A stretch of 64,000 nucleotides of DNA from Eledone cirrhosa (Eukaryota), in NCBI GenBank assembly GCA_964016885.1, contig OZ024742.1, positions 196,230,001 to 196,294,000 on the forward strand, in the 5' to 3' direction. The notes under the pieces were generated by a model that ran no database searches, had not been told where the DNA came from, and worked only from the letters and a program-made list of their open reading frames with translations. Of the stretch, positions 1 through 13,924 are shown in pieces. Positions within the stretch are counted from its first letter, which is position 1; each line of letters starts with the position of its first letter. The position numbers and the translations under genes were made by a program.

Positions 1-2115
1 ACAATGACAACAGCACCACCACTGACAACAATGGCAACAGCACCACCACTGACAATAACAACAGCACCACCACCACTGACAATAACAACAGCACCACCAC
101 TGACAACAATGACAACAGCACCACCACTGACAACAATGACAACAGCACCACCACTGACAACAATGACAACAGCACCACCACTGACAACAATAACAACAGC
201 ACCACCACTGACAATAACAACAGCACCACCACTGACAACAATGACAACAGCACCACCACTGACAACAATGACAACAGCACCACCACTGACAACAATGACA
301 ACAGCACCACCACTGACAATGACAACAGCACCACCACTGACAACAATGACAACAGCACCACCACTGACAATGACAACAGCACCACCACTGACAACAATGA
401 CAACAGCACCACCACTGACAACAATGACAACAGCACCACCACTGACAACAATGACAACAGCACCACCACTGACAATGACAACAGCACCACCACTGACAAC
501 AATGACAACAGCACCACCACTGACAATGACAACAGCACCACCACTGACAACAATGACAACAGCACCACCACTGACAACAATGACAACAGCACCACCACTG
601 ACAACAATGACAACAGCACCACCACTGACAACAATGACAACAGCACCACCACTGACAACAATAACAACAGCACCACCACTGACAACAATGACAACAGCAC
701 CACCACTGACAACAATGACAACAGCACCACCACTGACAACAATGACAACAGCACCACCACTGACAATAACAACAGCAGCACCACTGACAACAATGACAAC
801 AGCACCACCACTGACAATAACAACAGCACCACCACTGACAACAATGACAACAGCACCACCACTGACAACAATGACAACAGCACCACCACTGACAACAATG
901 ACAACAGCACCACCACTGATAACAATGACAACAGCACCACCACTGACAATAACAACAGCACCACCACTGACAATAACAACAGCACCACCACTGACAACAA
1001 TGACAACAGCACCACCACTGACAACAATAACAACAGCACCACCACTGACAACAATGACAACAGCACCACCACTGACAACAATGACAACAGCACCACCACT
1101 GACAACAATAACAACAGCACCACCACTGACAACAATGACAACAGCACCACCACTGACAACAATGACAACAGCACCACCACTGACAATAACAACAGCAGCA
1201 CCACTGACAACAATGACAACAGCACCACCACTGACAATAACAACAGCACCACCACTGACAACAATGACAACAGCACCACCACTGACAACAATGACAACAG
1301 CACCACCACTGACAACAATAACAACAGCACCACCACTGACAACAATAACAACAGCACCACCACTGACAACAATGACAACAGCACCACCACTGACAACAAT
1401 GACAACAGCACCACCACTGACAACAATGACAACAGCACCACCACTGACAACAATGACAACAGCACCACCACTGACAACAATGACAACAGCACCACCACTG
1501 ACAACAATGACAACAGCACCACCACTGACAACAATGACAACAGCACCACCACTGACAACAATGACAACAGCACCACCACTGACAACAATGACAACAGCAC
1601 CACCACTGACAACAATGACAACAGCACCACCACTGACAACAATGACAACAGCAGCACCACTGACAACAATGACAACAGCACCACCACTGACAATAACAAC
1701 AGCACCACCACTGACAACAATGACAACAGCACCACCACTGACAACAATGACAACAGCACCACCACTGACAACAATAACAACAGCACCACCACTGACAACA
1801 ATGACAACAGCACCACCACTGACAACAATGACAACAGCACCACCACTGACAACAATGACAACAGCACCACCACTGACAACAATGACAACAGCACCACCAC
1901 TGACAACAATAACAACAGCACCATCACTGACAACAATGACAACAGCACCACCACTGACAACAATGACAACAGCACCACCACTGACAACAATGACAACAGC
2001 ACCACCACTGACAACAATGACAACAGCACCACCACTGACAACAATGACAACAGCACCACCACTGATAACAATGACAACAGCACCACCACTGACAACAATG
2101 ACAACAGCACCACCA
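1..2115. repeat. 27-bp minisatellite (ACAACAATGACAACAGCACCACCACTG) with 24-bp variants; runs off window start
   Basis: Directly visible tandem array. Variants differ by one ACA triplet or by ATG/ATA. Confidence 0.97.
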
Positions 2116-2330
2116 CCAACAACAACAACAGCAGCACCACCACCACCACCACCACCAGCAGCAGCACCACCACCACCACCACCACCACCAGCAGCACCAA
2201 CAACACCACCACCACCACCACCACCACCAACAACAACAACACCACCACCAACAGCAGCACCACCACCACCACCACCAGCACCACCACCAACAACACCACC
2301 ACCACCACCACCACCACCACCAGCAGCACC

Positions 2331-2361
<31 letters not shown>

Positions 2362-2771
2362 CCACCACCACCACCACCAGCACCAGCAGCAGCACCACCA
2401 ACAACAACAACACCACCACCACCACCAGCAGCACCAACAGCACCACCACCACCAACAACAACAACAGCACCACCACCACCACCACCAACAGCAGCACCAC
2501 CACCACCAACAGCACCACCACCACCAACAACAGCAGCACCACCACCACCACCAACAGCACCACCACCAACAACAACAACAGCAGCAGCACCACCACCAAC
2601 AACAACAACAACAACAACACCACCAACAGCAGCACCACCAACAACAACACCACCACCAACAACAACAGCAGCACCACCAACAACACAACAGAACCACGAT
2701 CAACAACACCACCACCAACAACAACAGCAGCACCACCAACAACACCACCACCACCACAACAGAACCACGAT
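2116..2771. repeat. Degenerate (CCA/ACA/GCA)n triplet low-complexity tract
   Basis: Mixed CCA, ACA and GCA triplets continuing from the minisatellite. Confidence 0.9.
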
Positions 2772-3054
<283 letters not shown>

Positions 3055-3134
3055 TATTTTAAAAATCACCAGCATCACCAACCACCAGCACCACCACCAC
3101 CACTACTGGTTAAAATATTACAAATGTGTAGGAC

Positions 3135-3320
3135 CTCCGTCAGTTTTAATGATGACTGTTCCAGTTGTTCAAACAAAAGAACAGCCTACAGGTGAAATTA
3201 ATGCGCAAGTGGCTGAGTATTCCACAGATATGTGCATCATTAGCATAGTTCTTATTGAGATTCAACACAACACTGGGCAACAAGCTGGATTCTTTGAGTC
3301 ACAGGTACAACACAGTTTTC
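3135..3320 (+). mobile_element. Interspersed SINE-like repeat fragment; relatives at ~35100-35255 (-), ~46555-46650 (+), ~62200-62362 (+)
   Basis: Shared core 'aacagcctgctcgtgaaattaacgtgcaagtggctgagcattccacagacacgtgtacc' in four places. Confidence 0.7.
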
Positions 3321-3571
3321 CTAGCTGAGTGGTACTACTAATACCACCACCACCATTATCAATGTGACTACTACTACCACCACCAACAACATCACCACTG
3401 CTGCTGCTGCTGCTACTACTACCACCACCACCAATACTACTTACTATCATCCACTACAACACCACTACTACTGACAACTGCTACTATCATTGCCACCACT
3501 ACCACTAATAGTATCACCACCACCACTACTACTATAGCTACTACTACTACTACTACCACCACCACCACAGT

Positions 3572-3604
<33 letters not shown>

Positions 3605-3794
3605 CACCACCACAGTTACTACTACTACTACTAGTAATACCACCACCACTACTACTACCACAGTTACTACTACTACTACTAGTAATACCACCACCACTAC
3701 TACTACTAGTAATACCACCACCACCACCACTATTACTACTGCTACTACTCCTACCACCATCACCATCACTACTAATACCACTATTATTACAACT

Positions 3795-3829
<35 letters not shown>

Positions 3830-4249
3830 AACAATAACAGTTGTGTATTTGTGTTAAAATATTGTTTTGGTACTTTTAATTCGTGGTATATTTTAATTTT
3901 AGGTCAAATTCTTTTCAGTGTTTGGCCTAATGGCATTATTAAATTAATAATTAGCAACAATGCCGGTGATTAGCAACAGTGACGCTGATTAACAACACAG
4001 TCACTATCATGTCTTCCTTTGTTCCTTCACAATGATGTCATTGATGACATGCTTTTGGAATGTATAGGTGGAGGTGGTGGTACTGGTCGTTGTTGTAGTG
4101 TTGGTAGTGGTACTGCAGGTTGTAGTAGTAGTGGTGGTGGTGTTGGTATCAGTTGTGATGGTGGTAGTGTTGGTGATGTTAGTGGTGGTGATGGTATTAG
4201 TGATTGTGATGGTGGTGGTGGTGCTAATGGTGATTGTGGTAGTGATGAT

Positions 4250-4785
4250 GTTGGTGATTGTGGTAGTGGTGGTGTTGGTGATTGTGGTAGTGGTGGTGTT
4301 GGTGATTGTGGTAGTGGTGGTGATTGTGGTAGTGGTGGTGTTGGTGATTGTGGTAGTGGTGGTGTTGGTGATTGTGGTAGTGGTGGTGTTGGTGATTGTG
4401 GTAGTGATGGTGTTGGTGATTGTGGTAGTGGTGGTGTTGGTGATTGTGGTAGTGGTGGTGTTGGTGATTGCGGTAGTGGTGGTGTTGGTGATTGCGGTAG
4501 TGGTGGTGTTGGTGATTGCGGTAGTGGTGGTGTTGGTGATTGTGGTAGTGGTGGTGTTGGTGATTGTGGTAGTGGTGGTGTTGGTGATTGTGGTAGTGGT
4601 GGTGTTGGTGATTGTGGTAGTGATTGTGGTAGTGATGGTGTTGGTGATTGTGGTAGTGATGGTGTTGGTGATTGTGGTAGTGATGGTGTTGGTGATTGTG
4701 GTAGTGGTGGTGTTGGTGATTGTGGTAGTGGTGGTGTTGGTGATTGTGGTAGTGGTGGTGTTGGTGATTGTGGTAGTGGTGGTGA
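4250..4785. repeat. 24-bp minisatellite (GGTGATTGTGGTAGTGGTGGTGTT)
   Basis: About 22 tandem units. Explains ORFs 4019-4873 and 4068-4823. Confidence 0.95.
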
Positions 4786-4924
4786 TGGTATTAATGATTG
4801 TGGTGGTGGTAGTGGGGGTGTGATACCGGTGGTTGTGATGGTGGTGGTAGTAGTGGTGGTAGTGGTAATATAGTAGTAAAAGTAGTAATTTAAAATTGAT
4901 ATATTAAATCCTCAGCAAGTTTAC

Positions 4925-6690
4925 AAAGCTTGGCTTTGAAATACATCTTCCTTCCCGCACTCGAAGTTCAAGCAGGTGTGAAAGTCACAGAAGAGACAGT
5001 AAAGGCGTCCAGGAGTTAAGCAGGAATCCGACTTTAGATAAGCAAATAAAGTATTCTGGCAGACCATCCACCGACATCAAAATAAGAAATCTCCCTCCAT
5101 GCCTGCTATCAGGAACTTGTCTCGGGTTCTCTTGGTGGAGAGAATACTTTGCTGATCTAAACCCAGTCACTACAGCATCTTCTGATGTACATGAAGTGTA
5201 TCTCAGAGTGAAGACTAATCTCTCAGAGGCTGATGATATCAGAGCAATTGAAGTGCTCAAATGTGACACAGCTCCTTGAGGAGGAGGGAAATTCAGTCCA
5301 AAATCTTTGAAACCTTAAATAGAGAAGGAATGCTCTAGCTGAATCATGTATGCTAGATGGCCTGAACCTCTGGAAAGGCATCAAAGCAATGGCAATTGAG
5401 CATGATAATCTCAATTTTCAAAAAGTGGACAAGAGAGCTTGCCCTAATTATAGAGGAATCTTGTTAAGCTGTCCTGGTAAAGTCTATGATTAGTGTCTGG
5501 CAAAGAGATGTAGAGATATTGTCAAGCTCAAGCTAGTTGAGAAACAGTGTGGTTTTCACCTTGGATGTAGCACAGCCAACCAAATATTAACTTTACAGCA
5601 GTTCTTTGAGAAATCATGGGAGTATTGCTAACAGGTGTATGATTGTTTTATAGAACTCAAAAAGGCATATGACCACATTCCATGGGACCTGTTGTGAAAG
5701 GTTCTGCAGGACTAGAGTATCGATCGACAGACAGCTTCTTATTGCCCTGATGTCTCTGTACAAATGACCTAGTATTTGTGTTCAAATAAATGGTGCTAAG
5801 TCAAAACCATTCAATGTGGGTATTGGTCTCTGCCAAGAGGATGTATTATCACCTCTCCTGTTCATTATCTTCATGAATAGGATTGATAGGCACAGCTGGA
5901 TAGGAAGTGTATCAAAAGCGGTAGGTGTAGAATTAGTTGGTTGGAATTTGCAGATAACACGGTACTACTTAACTCATTGGAAAGTGATCTCAGACATGTA
6001 CTTGATAGGTTTGATGCCGAGTGCTGCACAGCAGGAATGAAAATCAGTGTTGTGAAGATTAAGACACTCATCCTCTCAAGGAAGCTTGTGCAGTGCACTC
6101 AACACGTGAGTGGAGTTCAACTGAAGCAGGTGGAGAAGATCAAGTATCTTGGGTCTGTTTTCATGAATGATAGAAGGCAGGAGGTTGAATTAAATGCAAG
6201 AATTGCTGGAACTGCTGTAGTAATACACCAGCTTCAGCACTCAGTCATCAGAAGCAGGAAGGTAGGTGTAAAAGCCAAACTCACTATCTTCAATTCAGTG
6301 TTCATCACTACTCTTACTTATGGTTATGAATTTTGAATAATGACTGAAAGAATATGATTATGAATACAAGCAACCGAGACAGGGTTCCTCTGAAGAGTTT
6401 TGGAGTAACGTTATTAAATGTTGTGCACAACTCAGAGATCAGGGAGACGTCCCAGGTAGAACCCCTACTTCTCTGAATTGAGAGATCACAGTTCCAATAC
6501 TACAGACATGTGGTTAAAATATCTTCTAAGGAAAGATTCACTGGACAGATTTCGCAAGCAAAGCCAACTGGCAGGAGACCCAGATAACATCCAGAAGCTC
6601 AGTCGGTTTCGCTTGGGGATACAGCCATTTTAATTCAAGGTGGTTGCTTCTGATAGGATACACTGATTGTGTGTCTAAGAAGGAGGAGAA
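4925..6690 (+). mobile_element. Decayed RTE-clade LINE, reverse transcriptase to 3' end
   Basis: Frameshifted RT motifs: NYRGI (5447), QCGF..G.ST..QI.TLQQ (~5545), FI.LKKAYD (~5647), Q.DVLSPLLF (~5834), FADN (5947), KYLG, TLTYG.E. Many stops. Confidence 0.88.
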
Positions 6691-7144
6691 ATTAACATTT
6701 TTGTGACTTTACTTCTAATAAAATACTGTCTATTTCAATTAATTAATGAAGAATTTTGATGAATTTACAAAAATTATTAATTATTTTGTTACAAAGATAG
6801 TAACTTAATATACAGTTCTTATATAAAATTATGTGGGAAGATTTTAATTTAAATAGAAACCTTTTAAAATGAGTGATTTTGTTTCACAGAAGCAGAACTA
6901 GTTTGTTTGGTTATGAAAAGATAAAGAATATTGAATGAAATTAATAATAATTATTAACTAAAGAATTAATAGTGGTGTGATGAATTGATACAACCTGGAG
7001 GAGGGGAGGAGAGGGAAGCGGGTGAGTCAGTACTAATGTTAACAAGAGAGAGAGAGAGTGAATCAATTCAGTGTATTGTTGTTGTTGTTTAGCCTATGGT
7101 CGGTGTTGATTCAACAGAACACTGATCAAAGGTGCTCCAGCCAT

Positions 7145-7275
7145 AGCTGGGGGTTTAACGCTGTGATGGACTGGCGTCCTATCCAGAGGGTAGACTTGTA
7201 CTCTCAGTCGCTTCGCGTCACAAAACCGGGATAAGCACCAGCCTAACAAGTCCTCTGGCTTGAGACAGACTTTAA
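7145..7275 (+). mobile_element. SINE 3' fragment with V-domain-like core; relatives ~17990-18160 (+) and ~57200-57380 (-)
   Basis: 'ctgtgatggactggcgtcctatccagaggg...gtcgcttc...aaaccgg' is shared among three loci. Confidence 0.55.
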
Positions 7276-7429
7276 ACTATTAGATTAAGCCCCCTGCATT
7301 TCTAATTACTGAAGTATGGATTTAAACTAAACTGAAATAAAAATTAAAAATTGAGCATCCAAACTCTTTCAACTAAGGGAATTGTGAATCCAATAGATTC
7401 TTCAGTAAAGACTGAGCTAACTGGTAATA

Positions 7430-7685
7430 TGCCATAGTACACAGTCTGGCATAGCATATGACAGCTTCTCTAGAGATGGTGCAATGATACTATGCAGCTA
7501 GTACACTCTGCAATGTATTACTAGTGGTGCCATGATAATATACAGCTAGTACACTTTGCAAAATATTGCTAGTGGTGGTGTCATGATAATATGCAGCTAG
7601 TACACTCTGCAAAGTATTACCAGTGGCGCCATGATAATATGCAGCTAGTACACTCTGCAAAGTATTAGTGGTGGTGCTATGATCA
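7430..7685 (+). repeat. ~48-bp tandem repeat derived from a SINE/RTE-tail unit
   Basis: 4-5 copies of 'gtggtgccatgataatatgcagctagtacactctgcaaagtatt'. Confidence 0.8.
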
Positions 7686-8238
7686 AATGCTTACTCCATG
7701 TGTGTTTTGTACTTTTGAGTATCAAATACACATTGATTTTTCAGATTTTTTCAACACCCCTGTTCTTATCCACCTGCTTATGAAATTTTGCTAATCTATC
7801 CCCAGCGAAATTTTATTTATACATGACAAAAAAGGTACATTACTAGAAATCCCATACATTATAAAATAAATAGGATGCATTGGGGGTCACAAAATGTAAA
7901 CTAAACGACTAATTCTGGTTTAAAAAAAAAAACAATGGAGACAACCTAGTAAAATTACCGACACCCCCCTTATTTCCCTCTCCTCCCTCCTCTATTATTT
8001 GGGACACGAGAGTATAGAGCAAGATTATATTGTATGTGTGTGTATGTTTGCATTGATAACTTAACTACACACATATATATATTTGTAGAAGTAGAGAACA
8101 GCTTTTCTTTCAACCATGTTATATTGAAAATATAATTGTGCTTCAGCTTGACCCTTTTTATTAAAGTATTTTTCCTATTTCCTTATAAGTTCTTTACACT
8201 TAGTTTGAAACAGTAAGGTTCCTAAGTCGCTGTGTGTA

Positions 8239-8467
8239 TTAACCCTTTAGCATTCACATTATTCTATATATACTATTATATTTTCATGGTAAAGGCTTTA
8301 TCTTACATGATTACCTCACATAATATCGAATCTATGAGATTTTGATATTATTTATTTTGAGAAAAATACCGTAACATCAGTATGAGTGGCCAGTTACAGC
8401 CAGTTTCAACAGAAAAAGGTGAGAGAATTCTGGCTGGTTTTGGCTGGTTTGAACATTAAAGGGTTAA
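8239..8467 (+). mobile_element. piggyBac-type MITE family A (TTAA TSD, CCCTTTA TIRs)
   Basis: TTAA|CCCTTTAGCATTCA...TGAACATTAAAGGG|TTAA; six copies in the window. Confidence 0.88.
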
Positions 8468-8650
8468 GGTTTCAAGACCTTCACATCTCCATCATTAGAA
8501 TCAGAATGGTCATATTAGTAGCATATTGGTCACATGGTTAGCAAAGATTATAAAGTAGCATGGCAGTGGTAGGAGATCGTGGACATCTGATCTCAATGGT
8601 TGTAGTATAGCAGTTTTTATATATGGCTTCAGGTATGCTGTAACTGTGTG

Positions 8651-8866
8651 TTAACCCTTTAATATTTACATTACTCTATATATACTATTGTATTTTCACG
8701 GTAAACACTTTACCTCACATAATATTGAATTTATGAGATTTTGACATTATTTATTTTGAGAACAATAACTTAACATCAGTATGTGTGGCTAGTTACAGTC
8801 AGTTTCAAGAGAAAGAGGTGAGAGAATCCTGGCTGGGTACGGTTGGTTTAAATGCTAAAGGGTTAA
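8651..8866 (+). mobile_element. piggyBac-type MITE family A
   Basis: TTAA|CCCTTTAATATTTA...AAATGCTAAAGGG|TTAA, homologous to 8239-8467. Confidence 0.88.
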
Positions 8867-9020
8867 TCTTTAGTTTATATTCTGATATTAGTAGAACCTC
8901 TATAGGAATTCTATATAGAACTAAATAGGAAATATGAAAAATCTTTAATAAAAATCATCAAACCTCAGCACAGTCGTGTTTTCAATGTAACACATCTATA
9001 CAGTTTCTTAGGGGCGTATA

Positions 9021-9259
9021 TTAACCCTTAAATTACCAACCTGACCAAAACCGGCTCTGGTTCTATGAAATAAGACCACCCACTTTAAAGGTTTCCAATT
9101 TAAATAAAAATATTCCAACATAATTTTATATAAGAACCGTACATTAAGTTACTATCTTAGTAATGAAATAATTAATAACTTCAGTAAATCCCCAAAATTC
9201 TTCATTAATTAATTAAAATAGAATGTATTTAATTAGAAATGCAGCCTTGAAAGTGTTAA
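9021..9259 (+). mobile_element. Older TTAA-flanked MITE family B; relatives ~38360-38805, ~46646-47286, fragments ~6700-6900, ~14470-14700, ~42950-43065, ~44320-44470
   Basis: Starts TTAACCCTT and ends GTGTTAA. Internal 'aaaccg..ctggttctatga' and 'gttatgttctaaacaccagcttaataatgagaaagtt' recur. Confidence 0.55.
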
Positions 9260-9349
9260 TGACAAATCTATATAAATCCATGTCTTAAATATTGCTAAGT
9301 TTTAAACAGTATATTATGAATGTATGTGTGAAGATATATATTGATAGTT

Positions 9350-9823
9350 TATTTCACACACACACTTACACAACAACCATCTACACATACATAGACAATC
9401 ATCCCCACACATGCAAACATACAGCGAGCCACATATACACACACCTACTCACACAGGAACCCATCAAGACACATATACAACTACCTACAAACACACAGCC
9501 ACCCATGCATACAACTATCTATGCACACAACCGCCTACATACAAACACCTATGCACACACTCATACACACACAGCCAGCCACATACACAACTAGCCACAT
9601 ATACGCCCACATACTCACACAGCCAACTACATATACACACCTACACATACAACCAGCCACATATGCTTACACCCACACACATGCCTATATGCACATACCT
9701 ACACACAAAGCTAGCCACATATACTGACACCTACACACGGAGCTAGCCACATATATATATATATTTACTGACACCTACACACAGAGCTAGCCACATATAC
9801 TTACACCTACACACTGAGCCAGC

Positions 9824-9855
<32 letters not shown>

Positions 9856-9900
9856 AATATATATATACACACACACACACACCTACACACACCTGAAACA
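9350..9900. repeat. Degenerate CA-rich minisatellite (agccacatatac/acacctacac units)
   Basis: Visible irregular tandem structure. Confidence 0.75.
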
Positions 9901-10179
9901 GGTAAATTAATAAAACAGGAAATAAATAAATGTTGTCTCCGAAAGAATCTAGCAACAACACAAACACACACACAAGATGCCAACATTCAAATTAATAGTT
10001 AATGTCACATGATGTCAGATACATACATTACACACACACACACACACATCATCATCATCGTTTAACGTCCATCTTCCACGCTAGCATGGGTTTGGACATA
10101 TATGGTTGATGGAGAGAAAAGAGTACTCAATACCGAAGTAGAGTTTTCATATTCATTTTATTAAGGCTAAATTGTTAGT

Positions 10180-10227
10180 CTTGTTACTCTGGAGTTTCGC
10201 CTGTTTATCACAGGGTCATCAGACAAG
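10180..10227 (-). ncRNA. Minimal type I hammerhead ribozyme (family A)
   Basis: Minus strand: CUUGU-CUGAUGA-C-CCUG UGAUAAA CAGG-C-GAAA-CUC CA GAG-UA-ACAAG. Stem I CUUGU/ACAAG, intact core, GUA cleavage triplet, very short stem III. Confidence 0.8.
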
Positions 10228-10363
10228 AACTAACGTTTCAATGGAAGACATAGTATGAACAGAGGCAGACTCGAGGTGGGGGGAGTGGGATTTAATTAAG
10301 AAGGAACCCCCTCCGCCACCTTGAGTCTTCCTCTATACAGTGTCTGCTACTGAAGTGTTAGTA

Positions 10364-10411
10364 CTTGTCTGATGACCCTGTGATAAACAGGAGAAACTCC
10401 AGAGTAACAAG
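10364..10411 (+). ncRNA. Minimal type I hammerhead ribozyme (family A), mirror copy
   Basis: cttgt ctgatga ccctg tgataaa cagg a gaaa ctc ca gag ta acaag. Confidence 0.78.
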
Positions 10412-10521
10412 ACTAACTATTTAGCCTTAATAAAACTCTACTTTGGTATTGAGTACTCTTTTCTTTCTGCCATCAACCACACATATGTGTGAGTGAGTGT
10501 GTAAATAAAATGAATATATTA

Positions 10522-10730
10522 TAGAAGTAGTTCCACAACAGTTAGTTCACCATTACCGGGAACAATTGTTACACCTTATTCAGATCATCAACTCGGTTTA
10601 AATGAGGTTGTACAAAAAAGGAATTGTTCTCAGTAATGGTGAACTAACTGTTGTGGAATTACTTCTACCAAGCTCGTCCCATGGACTGAGTGCTCTGCTA
10701 CTACGGATATAACACTCCAGTGTTCTACTA
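10522..10730. mobile_element. Foldback element with decayed HHR (10556-10596, -) and a 3' tail ending at (TA)n
   Basis: Arms 10522-10567 and 10622-10667. Minus strand reads ccgag ttgatga tctgaataagg tgtaac aattgttc ccgg (palindromic stem III AACAATTGTT, core mutated). Tail has actgagtgctc. Confidence 0.55.
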
Positions 10731-10749
10731 TTATATATATATATATATA

Positions 10750-11182
10750 GTAGTGAGACATGGGCGGCAACTGCAGAGGATATGCGACGGCTGGAGAGAT
10801 ATGAAGCAAGTATGCTCCGTTGGTTGTGCAATGTCAATGTGCGCGAACGACCAAGCATGGATGAGTTGAGAAAGAAACTGGGTATAAGAGGGATAAGTTG
10901 TGGTGTGCAGGAGAGAAGGCTTAGATGGTAAGGGCATGTGATGCGTATGGAGGATGACCGCTGGGTAAAGAAGTGCCAAGAAATCCCAGTAGAAGGAAGA
11001 TGCAGAAGAGGTAGACCACGTAAAACATGGGCAGAGGTGGTGAGAGCAGACCTCAGATCACTGAAACTCACCGAGGAGATGACGAAGGACCGTGACAAGT
11101 GGAGAGATGCTGTGCTGAATAGGACCCGTCCCACCCTTGCAAGCAGGGAAAAGTGGACGTAAATTGATGATGATAATGATGA
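10750..11182 (+). mobile_element. 5'-truncated RTE LINE 3' end with (GAT)n tail
   Basis: Translation SETW..TAEDMRRLERYEASMLRW...ERRLRW*GHVMRM...RGRPRKTW; ends cccacccttgcaagcagggaaaagtggacgtaaattgatgat. Confidence 0.88.
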
Positions 11183-11671
11183 TATTCCGACCTTACACAC
11201 TTGCACCTCTCTAAGACAATGTCACTGGACCGAGATCTTTGGCGCCACACGGTAATACAGAAGACCCGCCTTGCCTATGTACAAAGCGAAACCTCCAGTC
11301 AGTAGACACCTCTTAACCAAATATACACACCATCCTCCCACTCCCACCAACACCACCCTTTCTCAGTAAAGTTATGTTGGTACCACAACATCCAGTCCAA
11401 ACCAATGAGGTCGTGTAGGTGTCACGACAAAAAAAACACACAGTCCATGCCGTAATGTGGCTGCCGTAATGTGGCTGTGTAGGTAACATGGTAAAAAGCC
11501 CCCAGTTCCACACTGTAAATGTGGTTGGTGTTAGGAAGGGCATCCAGCCGTAGAAAACCTGCCAGATAGTCCTATACGAGCGAGACACGGTTACCCGACC
11601 AATCTTGCCTCAAGTGAGACAATTCCCGTCTAACCCATGCTAGCGTGGAAGATAGACGATAAACGATGATG

Positions 11672-11672
<1 letters not shown>
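11183..11672 (+). mobile_element. Second RTE 3' end plus 3' UTR, same family as 12437-13900
   Basis: Aligns by eye to 13425-13900 (LHLSKTMSLDRDLWR, then UTR). Ends in gatgatgat followed by (TA)n. Confidence 0.85.
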
Positions 11673-11715
<43 letters not shown>

Positions 11716-11989
11716 CACACACAAACATATATATAAACGTTGTTTGTCAATTGAAATACAACAGAAACAATAGGCAATCTAGTGTTTGAGAGGATGCTGC
11801 TGTCTAGCATGGTAAAATGCACCCAGTTCATTCTGTCAAGTGGTAATGGTGGTGTCACAAAAAACTCATCCAGTATGGAAAGGGTACATAATGATATATA
11901 TTATACATACATATATATTATACATCATCACTTAACATCCATTTTTCCATTCAACTATGATGATGATGACATATGCATAATATACATCA

Positions 11990-12290
11990 TCATTCATCAT
12001 TTCATTTTACGTCTGCTTTTCGCTGCTTGCAAGGGTGGGATGGGAACTGATTTTGGCTTGATTTCTACAGCTGGATGCCCTTCCTAACACAGTGAGTGCT
12101 GGGTGCTTTTTTGCCGTGGAATGATAGGGACCCCAGTCCCTATCATCTCATTTTTACAGCTGAGTAAACTGGAGCAATGTGAAATAAAGTGTCTTGCTCA
12201 AGGAAACAACACATTACCCAGTCTGAGAATTGAACTCACAACCTTTCGATTGCAAGGCCAATGCTCTAACCACTAAGCCATGTGCCTCCA
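11990..12290 (-). mobile_element. tRNA-derived CORE-like SINE with RTE-derived tail
   Basis: Reverse complement of the 52915-53245 family. Confidence 0.85.
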
Positions 12291-12409
12291 TTACATGTAT
12301 GCATAATATACATAAATATTAGAAATATATAGATGCATACAATACACTCTGTAAAGTGGTTGGCATTTGAAAGGGCAAACAGCCATAGAAACCAATATGG
12401 ACTCTCCAT

Positions 12410-12436
<27 letters not shown>

Positions 12437-12441
<5 letters not shown>

Positions 12442-13516
12442 AGAGTTTAGCGTAAAAGTTGGCGTCCATCAGGGCTCTGTTCTCAGCCCCCTACTATTTA
12501 TTATTGCCCTTCAGGCTATAACAGAGGAGTTCAAGACAGGCTGCCCATGGGAACTCCTATACGCAGACGACCTGACACTCATAGCGGAATCAATGGCCGA
12601 GCTAGAGAAGAAATTCCAAACATGGAAGCACGGCCTAGAATCAAAAGGACTTAAAATTAACCTGGCTAAGACCAAAGTACTAGTTTGTAGGAAAGAAAAC
12701 AAGGCGGCGGTCCCTTCTGGGAAATGGTCGTGCTCGGTGTGTAGGAAAGGCGTAGGTAGAAACTCCATTTTATGTCCTAAATGCAAAGTATGGGTGCATA
12801 AAAGATGTAGTGGGATCACAGGTAAGCTAACTAAGAACATAGATTTTACATGTGGCCGGTGTTCTGGTGCAATAAGTAGCAGCAAGTGCCCACAAAATAC
12901 TAGCTCTTTCAATTGCGCAGAGGGTTCTATAGAAATAGTGGACAGCTTCCGTTACCTGGGCGATAAAATCAGCAGTGGGGGAGGGTGCTCTGAAAGTACT
13001 GTAGCTAGAGTCAGAACTGGTTGGAAAAAGTTCAGAGAGCTTATACCACTATTAGCTGCTAAAGGGTTCTCCCTAAAAATGAAAGGCAGGTTGTACGATG
13101 CCTGCATACGAACAGCAATGCTGCATGGCAGTGAGACCTGGGCATTGTGTGCAGAGGATATACGCAGACTAGAGAGGAACGAAGCTTGCATGCTCCGCTG
13201 GATGTGTAACAGTAATATATGTGAACGGCAAAGCATAAACGAACTAAGGAAAAAATTAGAGATAAGAGGGATCAGATGTTGTTTACTCGAGAGAAGGCTA
13301 CGTTGGTATGGACACGTGATGTGCATGAAAGTCGATAGCTGTATAACAAAGTGCAGGGCAATAAAGATAGACGGTAGTCACGGAATAGGCAGACCTAGAA
13401 AAACCTGGGACGAGCTGATAAACTCCGACATCACACACTTACACCTCTCCAAGACAATGTCACTGGACCGAGACCTTTGGCGGTACTCAGTAACAGAGAA
13501 GACCCGCCTTACCTAA
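12437..13516 (+). CDS. RTE LINE ORF C-terminal half (RT domains, PHD-like Cys/His finger, C-terminus); 5'-truncated but uninterrupted
   Basis: The frame is open from 12437: GVHQGSVLSPLLF, LLYADDL, C..C..C..C..H..C..C..C, FRYLG, HGSETW, RRLRWYGHV, GRPRKTW. No start codon of its own. Confidence 0.9.
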
Positions 13517-13900
13517 ATATATAGTAAAACCTACTCCAGCCAGTAGGCATCTCTAACAAAATACACCCCGTCCCACCACCACCACCCCATCCACACCACC
13601 CGTTCTATGTAAAGTTATGTTGGTGCCGCGCCATCGAGGCCGAAACAAATGAGATCGTGTAGGTGTCACGACAAAAAAACACACAGTCCACGATGTAATG
13701 TGGCCGTGTAGGCAACACGGTAAAAACCTCCCAGACCCACACTGTAAATGTGGTTGGTGTTAGGAAGGGCATCCAACTGTAGAAAACCTGCCAGACAGTC
13801 CTATGCGAGCAAGACAATCACTCTTGCCTCAAGTGGGACTACCCCCGTCCAAACCCATGCAAGCGTGGAACACGGACGTTAAACGTTGATGATGATGATG
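12437..13900 (+). mobile_element. Young 5'-truncated RTE LINE inserted into (TA)n
   Basis: Intact ORF, ~380-bp 3' UTR and (GAT)n tail, with (TA)n on both sides. Confidence 0.92.
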
Positions 13901-13924
13901 ATATATATATATATATATATATAT

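Larger units (their letters stand above)
10103..10479. mobile_element. Foldback (head-to-head) Penelope-like/retrozyme element, HHR family A
   Basis: ~180-bp inverted arms, each with a hammerhead motif, AATAAA and gtattgagtactc. Confidence 0.78.

Noticed and set aside
4019-4873. Gly/Cys-rich ORF (DCGSGGVG)n
   Set aside because: 24-bp minisatellite open in several frames; no unique coding context.
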